Positions 29,350-43,687 of a DNA stretch of 64,000 bases are shown one piece after another (the first letter of the stretch is position 1; every line of letters begins with the position of its first letter). The position numbers and the translations under genes were made by a program. The DNA is from Octopus vulgaris (lineage: Eukaryota). The stretch spans positions 165,292,001 to 165,356,000 of the forward strand of contig OX597814.1 in the NCBI GenBank assembly GCA_951406725.2, given 5' to 3'. The notes under the pieces were generated by a model that worked only from the letters and a program-made list of their open reading frames with translations, was not told where the DNA came from and searched no databases.

Positions 29350-30319
29350 AATTATATCCTGGTTCATTTCCAGCTTTGCGAGAATTTTCGTTCTGACTTC
29401 TCCGATCTTTTTAGCAGTAAGTCTCTGAGTAAAAATCAGGCACTTGAACGAATCTGAAGTTAGTTTATCCAGTTTAAATTTGTTGCAATCTCTGTTCCCT
29501 CTGCCCGCATTTGTGGTAAAGCCTTCGTCATCGCTTTTCTCACTTTTCAAACACTTCCAACGTGTGTTGAGCAACGATGATTTTTCACTAAACATCCTAC
29601 ATAAAATGTCAATTTTGTCCGTGAAATTTATGTCAGAAACTTTTTTAGGCAATATAAAGTTATAGTATTTTTTGTGCTCTGTCGTCGCCAGTTTCCTCGA
29701 ATTAGATGAGTTTTCATTTCATCCGTCCAGTTTTGGCATATCTTTTTGGAAAATTCGTTCAAATCTTCGGTAATATGCTTTGAAGGTGACTCTTTCTTCC
29801 GGGTCAAATCTAAATTCATTTATTGAATTTGCTACATGGTCTGGCGAAAACATATTTTCCGGTTTTGTTACCAACTTCATTGGCTGTAGCATTCGTTGTT
29901 CTTGTTGTTCTTTGAGTTGCTACAATAGTACGACATACAAAACGTCATAAAGAGCTACATGCATCTCGATAGCCACAGATTGCCTATGTTTCATGTATAG
30001 AAACTCGTTTGGAGCAAGGGATGTAAAGGGACATATATAAAAGTTTGGTTTCGTTTTTCAGTTCAAGGTTATTATATACCAACTCATCTGGAACAAAGCA
30101 TGACTGAAGTTAGATGTTCAGAGACATAAAAAGATTACCATAATCTATATTAATCTGATGATCTTCATAGCTGAAATGATACAAAAATTTGTTAATCCGG
30201 TTTGAAATTTAAAGAATGAGAGATTATAAAAATAACTTTGAAATTATCAAAGCGATCTTATTTCTTTTCCAATTTTCTAATTCTTTGATGTTATACATAT
30301 ACATATATAAATACATACA

Positions 30320-30475
<156 letters not shown>

Positions 30476-30489
30476 TGTTTAGACACAAC

Positions 30490-31130
30490 TGTCTGTATGC
30501 AATCATTTCTGTTTCACTCCATTTTCCTCTAGGGACATTTATTGAAAAGGCAGCTCTTTACTTCAACAGATCTTTGTAAATACTGGTTCATGGAACAGAT
30601 CTTCTGTATTCTGTCTACCATAAAAAAAAATTCAAGAATAGGTATCGGAAAATCATCAATATTCACTCTCATCTTCTTTTAATACTAATATAGATAGGAA
30701 ACTACTGACCTTTTAGGAAAACATTTTCCAATGACACACTATTGTAAGATCTTTAGTAAATGTACACTAGAAATATCTACTCTTTCGTTACCAATATAAA
30801 ATCAATTGTAGCATCCAAAAAACCATACTAACTGTATATCCATGGTGTTTAAGTAGAAAGAAAATGCATGTCCTTTAGACCAAACATGCAACGGTAAGTC
30901 AGATGTTTATGAAGCAGAGGATAACACAGTTGAGCCGAATCAGACATTGGGAGAAAACGTTATATCGGCATGGCGTTGGGCTGATTTAATTGAGGTCCTA
31001 TAACCTTTTTTCCATCTTTCAATCAACCATATCAACAGATAACCACAACATTGGAAGAACATATATGATCTTTGAAAGACAGAAGAATCGAAAAACAGAA
31101 GCATCAAATGAAAAATACTCGGAAAACCAA
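30490..31130 (+). mobile_element. Naiad-like PLE fossil (RT thumb plus GIY-YIG)
   Basis: EKAALYFNRSL..NRYRKII..KHFPMTHYCKIFSK..TNIKSIVAS; CPLDQTCNGKSDVYEAE..KRYIGMA. Confidence 0.75.
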
Positions 31131-31164
31131 AAGCATACTCTCTCTCTCTCTCTCTCTCTCTCTT

Positions 31165-31200
<36 letters not shown>

Positions 31201-31993
31201 ACTCTTTTACTCTTTTACTTGTTTCAGTCACTTGACTGCAGCCTTGCTGGAGAACCGCCTTTAATCGAGCAACTCGACCCCGGGGACTTATTCTTTTGTA
31301 AGCCCAGTACTTATTCTATCGGTCTCTTTTTGCCGAACCGCTAAGTGACGGGGACATAAACACACCAGCATCGGTTGTCAAGCAATGCTAGGGGGACAAA
31401 CACAGACACACAAACATATACATACACATACACATATATATATATATACAACGGGCGTCTTTCGGTTTCTGTCTACCAAATCCACTCACAAGGCTTTGGT
31501 CGGCCCGAGGCTATAGTAGAAGACACTTGCCCAAGGTGTCACGCAGTGGGACTGAACCCGGAACCATGTGGTTGGTAAACAAGCTACTTACCACACAGCC
31601 ACTCCTGCGCCTGTATAAATGAAACCAAGAAGAGCGGGCATAAATTCTACAAAGTCTTAAAGAGCCTAATACATGTCTCAACTTAAAAAGTGAAACTTTT
31701 GCGAGGTGCCCTGCCATGATCAAATTCATACTAGCCAACTGAAAAGACAAACCTTCGAGGCACAAACCATTTTCAGGAACTGCCTTGCTGCGAAGAACTC
31801 TTTTTCCCTCTTCCCTCTTCCATTTCTTCACATTCCCAGTTTAACAGTTTTCTATGCATTTGAGCCGGAATACCCTTTTTCAAACACTCTAACAGATTTA
31901 GCACACTCAATGAGATTCAGTGCACAGACTGGACGTTATTATCCTTGGAATTTTCGAGCGAATATGAAAGTGAGACGCGCGCGCGCACATACA

Positions 31994-32053
<60 letters not shown>

Positions 32054-32090
32054 TACAGATGCAATAATTGAGTATATTTGTCTATGGCTT

Positions 32091-32172
<82 letters not shown>

Positions 32173-32378
32173 TACATATCTATGCATGTCTACGCCTACA
32201 TATGCATATATAAAATTGAATAAGGGTAGAAATTGAAATTAATCACAGTATATAAAAATAATCCGAAGATTAAAAATATTTTACATACACACACACACAC
32301 AGATATAGCACACACACACACACACACACACACATGTATATTATATAATATATATAGTATAGATGCAATATATTATTT

Positions 32379-32508
<130 letters not shown>

Positions 32509-32569
32509 ATACATGAATATATATAATATACATATATATTATAATATATATGTGTATATTCATGTCTAT

Positions 32570-32704
<135 letters not shown>

Positions 32705-33119
32705 CAGGGCGTATTCCGTCATGCACATGCCTATACACGCTGTTACCTGTGTATCACAAATTCCTCTTTCTGCTGACTGAAAAATGCACTCAATCACACC
32801 ACCCTGCTTGCACCTTTGGTATTATCAACAAACAGAGGTCGGCTTCGTAACTTCCGAAAGCGACATCTACCGGTCGATTCTCAAGCCAGATATTCCTGTT
32901 CTTGACGTCATCTTTCTAATATAAGACCAATCCTTTCAATTCAACTTATTTTTAGTGAACAGCACTTCTTTATTACCGATGCACCACCTACCTTAAAAAG
33001 TCTCACACTTGCCCTTATCCTACACCGAGACACCGTGTATCAAAAATAGATTCTGGTCGAAAACAAGATATTTCATGATAAATTTCGTTGTTTTTGTGAG
33101 ATTTTTTTATGGCACTGGT

Positions 33120-33655
33120 TATTCTTATTATTGCTGTTGTTGTTGTTGTTATTGTTGTTGTTATTGTTGCTGTTTATGACGTTATTGTTGGTGGTGGTGG
33201 TGGTTGTCCTCGTGGTTGTAGCGGTGGTAACGGTGATGATGGTGATGGTGGTGTTGTTAATGATGGATGGTGATGGTGGTAGTGGTGGTAGTGACGGTGA
33301 TGGTGATGGTAGTGGTGGAGATGATAGTGGTGTTGATGGTAGTGGGGATTTTGGTGTTGACGGTGGTGGTGGTGATGATGGCGGTGATGATGATTGTGAT
33401 GGTGATGGCGGTGATGATGGTTGTGATGGTGGTGATGCTGTTGATCATGATGGTAATGATGATGGTGGTGTTGGTGATCGTGGTGATGATAGTGGTGGTG
33501 GAGGTGAAGAATGTGATTGTAGTGGTGATGGTGGTGGTGGTGGTGGTAGTGGTGGTGGTGGTGGTGGTGATAGTGTGTAACTGGTGGTGGTAATAGTAGC
33601 TGTGGTGGTTGTGGTGATGGTGGTGATGGTGATCGTGGTGTGGAACTGGTGGTGG
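33120..33655. repeat. (GTT/GGT/GAT)n low-complexity tract
   Basis: Directly visible; source of the G/D-rich ORFs. Confidence 0.9.
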
Positions 33656-34111
33656 AAATTTCGAGTGAGGGGTAAGTCGATTACTTCGACCCCAGTACTC
33701 AAACGGTATTTATTTTATCGACCCCCGAAAGGATGAAAGGCAAAGTCGACCTCGGTTATTATTGTTGCTTCTTTGTGTTGACGAAATGTGGTTCACGTGT
33801 TTACAGTAAGTCTGTGTTGCGCTTTGCTTTCTTCACTTTTTTTCTGTGCGTGTGTTGTGAGCTGGGAGTGTTGTGGGGTTGTTTACTCGTTTACTCGTTT
33901 ACTTGTTTCAGTCATTTGACTGCGGCTATGCTGGAGCACCGCCTTTAATCGAGCAAATCGACCCCGGGACTTATTCTTTGTAAGCCCAGTACTTATTCTA
34001 TCGGTCTCTTTTGCCGAACCGCTAAGTGACGGGGACGTAAACACACCAGCATCGGTTGTCAAGCAATGCTAGAGGGACAAACACAGACACACAAACATAT
34101 ACATACACATG

Positions 34112-34177
<66 letters not shown>

Positions 34178-34359
34178 TCCGCCAGGCTTCTTTCAGTTTC
34201 CGTCTACCAAATCCACTCACAAGGCTTTGGTCGGCCCGAGGCTATAAGCAGAAGACACTTGCCCAAGATGACACGCAGTGAGACTGAACCCGGAAGCATG
34301 TGGTTGGTTAGCCAGCTACTTACCACACAGCCACTCCCATGTAACTCTTAGTATTTTTG

Positions 34360-35760
34360 TTGTCTATTTTTGTCGCATGTTTAGGTTCAGTGAGATGTTT
34401 TGTTTTTTATATTTGATATTCTTTGGTATTGCTTGCAAGAAAATGGGAAGAGGATTTGGTAGGTGGTATTTTTCAAATCAGTTTCAACCAGGTTTTTAAG
34501 TGCTTTCAGTTCTGTTTCTAAGTGCTTTAAGAGCGGTTGTGCAGCAGTGCCTGAAGACTGGTTGGAGAGTATGTGTATAATATCCTATTTGTATAAGGTT
34601 GCCTGTATGTTTTGTAGAGGTGCTAGAAAGTCGTGTAGGTAGAGGCTGGAAAGCGTAGGTGAGGTGACAGGTTTTGTATTCCATGCTGCAAACTACAAGT
34701 TCTGGAAGTGTTGTTCTTGTACACTTCTTAGACTAGGAAACCCACGGGTGTTCTATTATCCAGTAGCTTCTGTTGTTTATTATAGAGACATTAAGTATTC
34801 TAGTATAAGTTCATATCGGGGAATGGCATCGAAAGCTCTTCTGATGTCGATAAAGGTTACAACAGTATTTGTAGCAGTTTTCGTTATATTTTATTATGTA
34901 TTGTTCCTTTCTTTTTAGTCACTATGCATTTTCAGCGAAGTCGCGTGGCTTAATGGTTAGGGCATTCAGCTCACGATTGTAAGATTGTCAGTTCGATACT
35001 TTATTTCACGTTGCTCCAGTCCATTCAGCTGGCAAAAATGTGTTACGCCTGTAATATAAAAGGCAAGCCTTGTCTCACTTTGTGTCATGCTGAATCTCCT
35101 TGAGGACTACGTTAAGAGTACACTTCTCTATTAAGTGCTCAGCCACTTGTATGTAATTTCACGAGCAGGAGTTCCGTTGATCGTTTCAGCTGGAACCTTG
35201 TCGTCATAACCGACGGAGTGCCATTTTCTGCGATAGGTTTCCGATTAGTGCAATAATTAAGTGTGGTGGTTTGAATCCATGATGTAATTTGGAGAAAGGG
35301 CTGTGATGTTAGCTATTACAATTCCTGAAATATTTTAGAGTATGCTCATAAGGGTGATGAACCTGCATGATGTTATTTCATTTGGGTTTTCAGTTGCGTT
35401 TTATAATTGTTATGATTTTACCCATCTTGTATATTTTGTTAATTTGACAGTGCTGATTGTTGTAGATGTTCATAAGTGCGATGATTCCTTGAAATCCTAG
35501 ACGTTTTTGGTTAAGGTTTGTGAATTTGTCTGGCTCAACAGCTTTCGAATTTTTAGATTTTCTTAATTTCTTTTATGTTTGATAGAAAGAAATGCTAGAA
35601 GTTACGGTTTCTGGTAAAGATACATATTTTTAAAATTTATGTCCCTATCTTTTTCGTGTGATTTTTTTAGAGGCTATTTTCGGAAAATGCCTGATGAGAT
35701 TATTTATTTTGTATTGCGTTATGGGTATATTATTTGAGATTGTTATAGTAGCATATGGTA
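34360..35760 (-). mobile_element. LINE RT fossil (Jockey/I-like), interrupted by SINE-C at about 34935-35225
   Basis: KSKNSKAVEPDKF (KAxGPD motif) and TVVTFIDIRRAFDAIP (DxxKAFD motif). Confidence 0.55.
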
Positions 35761-35778
35761 TGGTATGGTTCTCGTTGT

Positions 35779-36265
35779 TACTAAGTTGAAGAAAAAGTTC
35801 GTTAAAATAATGATTTTTTTATGTAAGAATCTATTCAAAAACAACTCTTCTTCTAAATAAAGACCATCATTTTCCATGATCTTCTACCAACGATCTGCAA
35901 GTACCAATCCTTCGGCTTTGAATCGAAAAATTCTTGACAAGCTTCTTCAACTTCATTGAATGACTCAAATCGGTGACCTTTCATAAAGGGATGCATTGAT
36001 CGGAAGAGACCGTAGTCAGATGGAGCAACGTCTAGACTATTGGCTGGATGCGGCAGAACTTCCACACCGTCCAGTTCTTCAATTTTGTTACTGGTCTTTC
36101 TGGCGGTGTGCGGCTTTGCATTGTCTTGTTGAAACAAAGCGTGTTTCGAGGATCACAGTGAGTCACCATTGAACATGACATAAACTGAATGAACACATAC
36201 ACTACAAAAATATATAAAACAGCATTATTTTAACACGGCGCACGAACTTTTTCCTTAATCTAATA
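35779..36265 (-). mobile_element. Internally deleted mariner of a second subfamily (ttaggttgaggaaaaagttc-like TIR)
   Basis: FQQDNAKPHTARKT..LPHPANSLDVAPSDYGLFRSM; TIR-like ends ctaagttgaagaaaaagttcg and cgaactttttccttaatctaa. Confidence 0.8.
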
Positions 36266-36502
36266 TTATTAACATGTTGAATTACACAATAAACAGTATT
36301 ACTGTTGTTTTATGGTTTATGTTTGAAATATGTTTACCAGTTTGCCAACTTTATGTGGTCTATTATATTTTTTTATTTCCTTGTTTAATTGTTTAATATT
36401 ATTTTTTATTTCGGTTGTGTATACTGTTGATGAAGTGTGTTTCAAGTTGTCTCTGGTTTTATGAGATTAGTATTTCTGCTAGATAATATATTGCTCACTA
36501 CT

Positions 36503-37345
36503 TAGGGGGAGAATTGGCAGAATTGGTGCAGCGTCGCATACAATGTCTTGCTGTAGTTGCGGCCCGCTGCGTTCTGAGTTCGAGTCCCGCCAAGGAAGAC
36601 TTTAGCTTTCGTCTTTCCAGGGTCGATAAAATAAGTACCAGTCTAATGTTGGTGTTAATAAAATTGACGAAAACTTTCCCCAAATTTAAGTCCTTATGCC
36701 TATGTGAGCAATCAGTATTTCTCACTATTGAAGAGGATGGATCAACGGAATTGGGGGAGCAGCAGACTTAAAGTAGTGAGGTATTAAGTTGAGGTCCTTT
36801 ATATTCTGAGTTCAAATTCCAATGATGTCCACTTTGCCTTTCATTTTTTCGGGATCGATAAAATAAATACTAGTTGATCTTTGGGTCGATGTAATCGACA
36901 TACGCTCTTCCTCGAAATTGCTAGCCTTGTGCTAAAATTTGAAACCAATATTAATAGCTTATTAACTAAGCGGGGGAACTGGCAGAATCGTGAGCACGCT
37001 GGGCGAAGTGCTCAGCGGTATTTCGTCTGCCGTTACGTTCTGAGTTCAAATTCCGCCGAGGTCGACTTTGCCTTTCATCCTTTCGGGGTCGATAAATGAA
37101 GTACCAGTTACGCACAGGGGTCGATATAATCGACTTAATCTGTTTGTCTGTCCTTGTTTGTCCCCTCTATGTTTAGCCCCTGGTGGGTAATAAAGAAATA
37201 GGTATTTCGTCTGCCGCTATGTTCTGAGTTCAAATTCCGCCAAGGTTGACTTCGCCTTTGATCATTTCAGGGTCGATAAAATAAGTATCAGTTGAGTACT
37301 GAGGTCAAAATTGCTGGTCTTGCGCCAAAAATGTAATCAGTATTA
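36503..37345 (+). mobile_element. Cluster of tandem SINE-B copies of different ages
   Basis: Four occurrences of ttctgagttc(a/g)a...gtcgataaa. Confidence 0.8.
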
Positions 37346-37363
37346 TATAAAAAATCGTTACTT

Positions 37364-37728
37364 GCACAGTGTAACAGTGAGAGCTGGAACGAATATTTGC
37401 ATATTTATTTTTATATCGATTAGCAGATATGAGCACTGATCAGCAAATATTTTGTTCGCTGAAAGAATAAACAAAGGCCAGCTGTTTGACTAGACTCAAG
37501 AGTCCGGGGTACTTCTAGCTGATGAGACACAACATGTCGAAACACTGGTGTCCCAGAATCTTCTGCGCCAATGAATCATGTGTGTTGAACATACAATCAC
37601 CATAGAAGAGAGAAGATTTTCTCCTTTGATGTTCATTACAGTGACCAGCATATTTTGAGTTCGAACCTGCCTAGACGGATGAAGAATAAATATGCAAATA
37701 TTCGTTCCCGATCTCACTGTAAACGGTG
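37364..37728. mobile_element. MITE with ~45-bp TIRs
   Basis: gcacagtgtaacagtgagagctggaacgaatatttgcatatttatt vs aataaatatgcaaatattcgttcccgatctcactgtaaacggtgc. Confidence 0.75.
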
Positions 37729-37967
37729 CAAATAACGATTTCTTATTGCTATTGTTATTGTTTTTCATCCCACAATTCAACTATGTTCAAGTAGATGTCT
37801 TCGACTCGTACTTAATTATTTTACCCGTATTTTGGAATGTGTTGGATTTGAAATCCAACCATTTCAATATGTCACTGTAATAAATGTCCAAAACAAAACA
37901 ACCGCAAATATATCTGAGCTTTAAAAAACAAATATTGGTAAAACTTAACAGTTGCCAGAGTAATTAT

Positions 37968-38169
37968 TACGGAGATGTACTTGCATAGCAAGTGAACTGA
38001 TCTGAGATCGTGTGCTGGAAAGAAAACAATCGCAGCGTGGAAGGTGTTTATAAGCCATTTAAGAAACACACAAAAACCGTTAGATTCACTTCAACATTTA
38101 AATTTAATTTGCCAAAATATTTTCGTCGCTTTAAGACTGCGACCTGTGCACTGACAAAATTCCGTGCTA
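37968..38169 (-). mobile_element. ~200-bp solo PLE-type unit with variant hammerhead (38109-38157) and 12-bp TSD
   Basis: TSD cagagtaattat at 37956-37967 and 38170-38181; homologous to 48146-48346. Confidence 0.75.
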
Positions 38170-39027
38170 CAGAGTAATTATCCTTCTTTTTTCTTTTTAC
38201 TTGTTTCAGTCATTTTGACTGCGGCCATGCTGGAGCACCGCCTTTAATCGAGCAACTCGACCCCGGGGACTTATCGGTCTCTTTTGCCGAACCGCTAAGT
38301 GACGGGGACATAAACACACCAGCATCGGTTGTCAAGCAATGCTAGGGGGACAAACACAGACACACAAACATACACGCACATACATATATATACGTATATA
38401 CGACGGGCTTCTTTCAGTTTCCGTCTACCAAATCCACTCACAAGGCTTTGGTCGGCCCGAGGCTATAGTAGAAGGCACTTGCCCAAGGTGCCACGCAGTG
38501 TTCTTTTCATATTTGAAAATTGTAGTTCTTTTGCGATTTCTTTAAGACTTGTTTATTTATTTGCATGAAATTGTTTTGATTATTTTCCATTTGGATGTAA
38601 TGTTTAGAAATATCGTCCTCTTCTCTTTCTCACGCACTCTCTGCCCAAAGCTAATAAAATGAATTTGACGCAACCACAAAAGTCCATCAACAAGCAACAT
38701 ATTTGAATTAAACAGGTACAACAGACTTACACAAATAGCAAATCTAATCTTTATGTTTCGTCATCAACACTGTCGTCATTTTCGTTATCATTGTACAGAA
38801 GAATGTTACTGCTAGATATTTATATTTTACTCCCATGCATTTGAACTGTTATGAAGCATGTGATTATTCCATTGAGTTATTTGGTCGCACTGAATGTCTA
38901 TTCTTTTATATGAACTCTCAGGCAAACGGACTAGGATTCCTATCACCGATTTTTCTCAACTACAGTTTCTTAACGCCGAGTATGTGCGTGTATGTTCCTT
39001 AGATTCAGTCAAAGAACGAGAAATACC

Positions 39028-39155
<128 letters not shown>

Positions 39156-39264
39156 GCTAGCTAGCTAGCTATCTGTCTGTCTGTCTATTTATCTATCTAT
39201 CTTTACCTCTCTTTCTCTTTCTGTGTGTGTATACGTATGTATGTATGTATGTATGTATGTATGT

Positions 39265-39830
39265 CATTATTCAATTTTATTTTAAGATTTCCTACCAATA
39301 GAGAAAGAGCCGGTTTCAAGCCTAGATTCAAATCTCTTTCATTGGAATTTCAACATCAGCAATAGGGTATGTATGTATGTATGTATGTATGTATGTATGT
39401 ATGTATGTATGTATGAATGTATGTATGTATGTATGTATGTATGTATGTATGTATGTATGTATGTATGTATGTATGTATGTATGTATGTATGTATGTTTTA
39501 TGCATGTATTCTCATGCATATAGTTGCATATCTAGGCATGCTCATATATATTTAAATGTTAAACTTCTGGGAAGTTTTACAGATTTTTACTGTTCCAGTG
39601 ATGGACTGGATCTGTAGACTTCGAATTAGCTTTCCCCTTTCTGGTTTTCAGAAGCCTTATTTCTCAAGATTGGTATTTAGGCAGTGTGTTCATATCCCAG
39701 AGCCCCAATAATTACAGATATAAACCTGAACTAAGTAAATTACAGATATAAACCTGAACTTGCAATCTGGATAGAGTAACTGCAGATTTATCAATAGCTC
39801 AGCATAGGTGTTCTTTTTTCTTTCTCTATG
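39265..39830 (-). mobile_element. R4/Dong-like LINE 3' end (RLE C-terminus plus UTR) embedded in (CATA)n
   Basis: NTYAELLINLQLLYPDCKFRFISVIIGALGY..LIRSLQIQSITGTVKICKT; TATG repeats on both flanks and inside the UTR. Confidence 0.8.
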
Positions 39831-39832
39831 TG

Positions 39833-39864
<32 letters not shown>

Positions 39865-40286
39865 TGAATGGATACGTGCAGCTTTGTATGTTTTGTTTTA
39901 TGTATGTCTTTTTATGTATGTATGTATGTATGTATGTATGTATGTATGTATGATTTATCCTTGAGTTTAACTTAAGTTCTTCTTAAGAGAGTTCAAGCTG
40001 GTTGCGAACAAAGCGACACGACTTTGGATTAACAGAATTCCCGGTATTTGCGAATATGTGGTCGAGTGTATTAACGGTTGTGTTTATGTCGAGTTATAAT
40101 AAAGACAGTTTTACATTCAACCGAAGGATTACTTAGTCCTCTTTTGCAGAGTTCATATTTATTATTCTTTTACAAGAATAATAATGCTGACAGCAACTTC
40201 GAAGTTTTGGCCCACTTGGTCTCCATCGCATGAAGGCTAAGAGGCCGAAACTTAGAAGTAACTATTAACACCAATAGTGCAAAAGA

Positions 40287-40379
<93 letters not shown>

Positions 40380-40905
40380 GTCGAAAGTCTGAGTGTTACC
40401 AACGCAATCCTTCCATAGTTTACATATGTTTTTACTCAATTTCAACTTATTTTAACACTGAAATAAAATCATGATTGTGTGTATAAGTATTTGGATATAC
40501 AGACGATTGAAAAAGTAATCATTGTATGCAGCACAGCTTGTTCAGTTATTTGAAACTGTTTTCATTTCCTAGCCACACTGAGTTTCTACTTCCTCCCACG
40601 GTTTCTCTGTTGTCTTAAACCACCGAACACCAATAATGAATTGTAAGAGAGAAGTAATGTCGACTACTTGACACAGTATCAAATCTTTTGCAATGTCTTC
40701 AATGGGCATTAATGCCACAATCTTCTCTTTTGCTGCAAGATCTACAGTAGAGTCCTTTGAACATCGCTATCTCTGAATTTATACTGGCATGAAGCCAGTA
40801 TGGTGAGTTAACCGCTACAAGTGTTAATACACATGTAGATAGATAGAAAGAAAGAGAGAGAGGAGAGAGAGACGAGATTAATATATATACATGGTTATAT
40901 ATATA

Positions 40906-41292
40906 TATGAGCAAAACGCCCCCCGTCCAATTGACGGTGCTGGGTTGTCTAACATTTAAACCAAATTTTCTCAAAACAACTTGTCCGACCGTCCCATTTT
41001 GTGGCATTATTTCAAGCCAGCCATCTTTTTTGGCGCAAACTGCACGTGCATTTCTCTCGCGTACGCGTAGTATCAATCACAACAGCTGATATACTTGCGC
41101 GTACAAATGCACGTTCCCACGGCTTTATCGATCGCATTCTCACCCGGAATCGATTTTTGTAATTTTTTCAAGACTTATTACACGCCCTGATACCGTCGAT
41201 ATCTACATATCAAATTTGAGCGCAATCGGATGGAGGATGCTTGAGATCCTAGAAGACACACAGACAGACAGAACGGATTTTATATAATAGAT
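40906..41292 (-). mobile_element. Non-autonomous Helitron
   Basis: Minus-strand 5' end a|tctattatatataaaatccgttctgtctgtctg; 3' hairpin ccgtc-aattg-gacgg shortly before ctcat (CTRR-like); no TSD. Confidence 0.65.
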
Positions 41293-41348
41293 TATACATG
41301 TATGTATAGATATATACATATATGTATGTATATGTGTGCGTGTATATA

Positions 41349-42578
41349 CGAGGTGGTATCAAAACGTTCTCGGACTATTTCTGTAGTGCATCAGCAGATG
41401 ACAGCACACTGTTGCAAGCGCATTAAGAGCTATCAGTGTTCTTCATGAGGTAGTGTGCCGAGTGACATCGCAAGTTGTGAAATATGTGCTTGTGGTCACG
41501 TGTATGCTGTAGTCTGCGATTTTGCCATCGATAGGAAGTTGGAACAAAGAGCCAACGTGAAAATTTGCGTTAAACTTGGGAAATCTGGTGCAGAGATATT
41601 GAGCGTGCTCCGGCAAGCTTACAGCCACTAGCAATGGGTCGTGCTCTATGTTTCGAGTGACACGAGCGCTTCAAAAGCGGAAGGACGTCCCTGGAAGACG
41701 ATTTGCGATCTGGAAGACCTATCACCAGCGTCACACTCGGGAATGTGGAGAAAATTTATCAACTTCTGCGTGAGGATCGTCGGAATACAATCAACGACAT
41801 TGCTGATGCTGTTAATCTATTGTATGGGTCCATGCAGGCAATCCTAACGTCTGAATTGAACATGCGGCATGTCTCTATTAAGTTTGTTCCCCGCCTGCTG
41901 ACCATTGAGCAGAAAGAACATCGAGTCGAAGTCTGTCAAGATCTCCGTCAGCGTGCCGCTGGTAACCCATCCTTCATGTCGAGGATCATCACCGGTGACG
42001 AGAGTTGGGTCTACGGGTACGACCTTGAAATGAAGAAACAGTGGTCACAATAGAAGAGCCCTTCATCCCCACGACCGAAGAAGGCACTACGGAGCCGCAG
42101 CTCAATCAAGAAAATGCTCATCGTTTATTGGGGGAGGGGTTGACGTCCACGGTATTGTGCGTCGAGAATTCGTCCCCACTACGGCCAAACAGTCGATCGA
42201 GAGTTCTACTGCGACGTTTTGAAGCGTTTGAGAGAGGACATTAGATGAAAGCGACAGGATTTGTGGAGCGCGAAGAATTATATTCTTCACAATAACAAGG
42301 CATCCAATCACCGAACTCTCCTCACTCGTGTGTTTCTCACCAAAAACAACATGGTGTCGCTTGTGCATCTGCCCTATTCGCCAGATTTAACACCTGCGGA
42401 CTTCTATCTCTTCCCCAAGAGGAAAAAGCAGCTCAAAGGTTGCCGTTTTTACACCATTGCCGAGATCCAGAGCGAATCCAGGCCGGATTCCAAAAGTGGC
42501 AGGAACGCTGGAACCAGTGTATTGCTGCGCAAGGTGACTATTTCGAAGTAGATGATGTTAAAACATAGGTAAATTTTT
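41349..42578 (+). mobile_element. Mariner, near full length, dead transposase, 3' TIR missing; same family as 22843-23695
   Basis: TA|cgaggtggtatcaaaacgtt; KFVPRLLT..IITGDESWVYGYD; HLPYSPDLTPADFYLFPK; stops and frameshifts. Confidence 0.92.
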
Positions 42579-43120
42579 CAGGAGAGGATGTATTGCCGAA
42601 TGCAAATAGTTCATGAAAACATGGGTGAGGGGAAGGTCCCAGATGGAAGCCAATAACAGAACTGCTCTGAAATGGAATTGGCAGGACTTCTACCAAAGGT
42701 ATTGTCCGTTCCTATCACCCCATATCTCCTTTACAAAACAGAGTCGCGCACATGTTGCCTGTCTCGTTTCTCTATTTGTTTCTTTCGTTGTTCGAAAAAG
42801 AGTTCATCTTCCATGTTTTTCATTTTTATGTTCTCGTTTCTCATTTTGTTCACGTATTTTTTTTTTGACGTCATGTACCCAAATATGCCTGTATGCATAC
42901 ATATATATGTAGGCATGTACATGTATGTTTGCATATATGCATATATATATATTATTTATATTATTATATGATCGAACGCCACGCATCCATTTCCAAGTAA
43001 GTTTTATCTTAATAATTCCTATACACACTCTACAACCTATCTCTCTTCGATCTCCCTCTCTTCTTCCTTTGTTTTTCTCTCTCACTCTTTCTCTAATCTT
43101 TCTCCTCTCTCCTTCACCGT

Positions 43121-43178
<58 letters not shown>

Positions 43179-43256
43179 AGACAATATCGACGAGCACAGG
43201 GGAGGTAACTCATTATTAAAGAGTTGCTTTCCCTATTGTCTTTGACAGCTCTACCC

Positions 43257-43335
<79 letters not shown>

Positions 43336-43336
43336 C

Positions 43337-43376
<40 letters not shown>

Positions 43377-43687
43377 GATCGTGTAAAATTAATTTTGCTA
43401 GTTTTTTTTTGTGTGTATTTTTTTATTGTTTCTTCTAAAATTATGCCGACTTCACTAGCTTAAATCATTAACTAGCTTATTTCTCTAATGACATAAGAGA
43501 AACACTTTTTACTTAACGAACGTAGCGTTATTCTGACTGGATTTTAAAATATACAAATATATATGTTATATCACGTGGAAACTACCAACATAACTGAAAC
43601 TACCAACAAAAAAACTGACGAAACCAGCACTACAGTACTAGTTAACTAATCGATCTTCCCAAAGCACTGAGAGGCATTTTTTCATTT

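Larger units (their letters stand above)
28350..29910 (-). mobile_element. Ty3/Gypsy gag-protease remnant, interrupted by the fold-back insertion at 29069-29349
   Basis: Gag FSEKSSLLNTRWKCL..FKCLIF; knuckle CFQCENTGHIKSHC; protease MQLDTWSDIT..TWRQSGKPKL. Confidence 0.85.

Noticed and set aside
32860-32935. Promoter (TGACGTCA plus CCAAT)
   Set aside because: Short motifs expected by chance; no linked exon or TSS evidence
41703-42551. Domesticated or active mariner transposase (SETMAR-like)
   Set aside because: Multiple stops and frameshifts, second catalytic D altered (HNNKA), no SET domain
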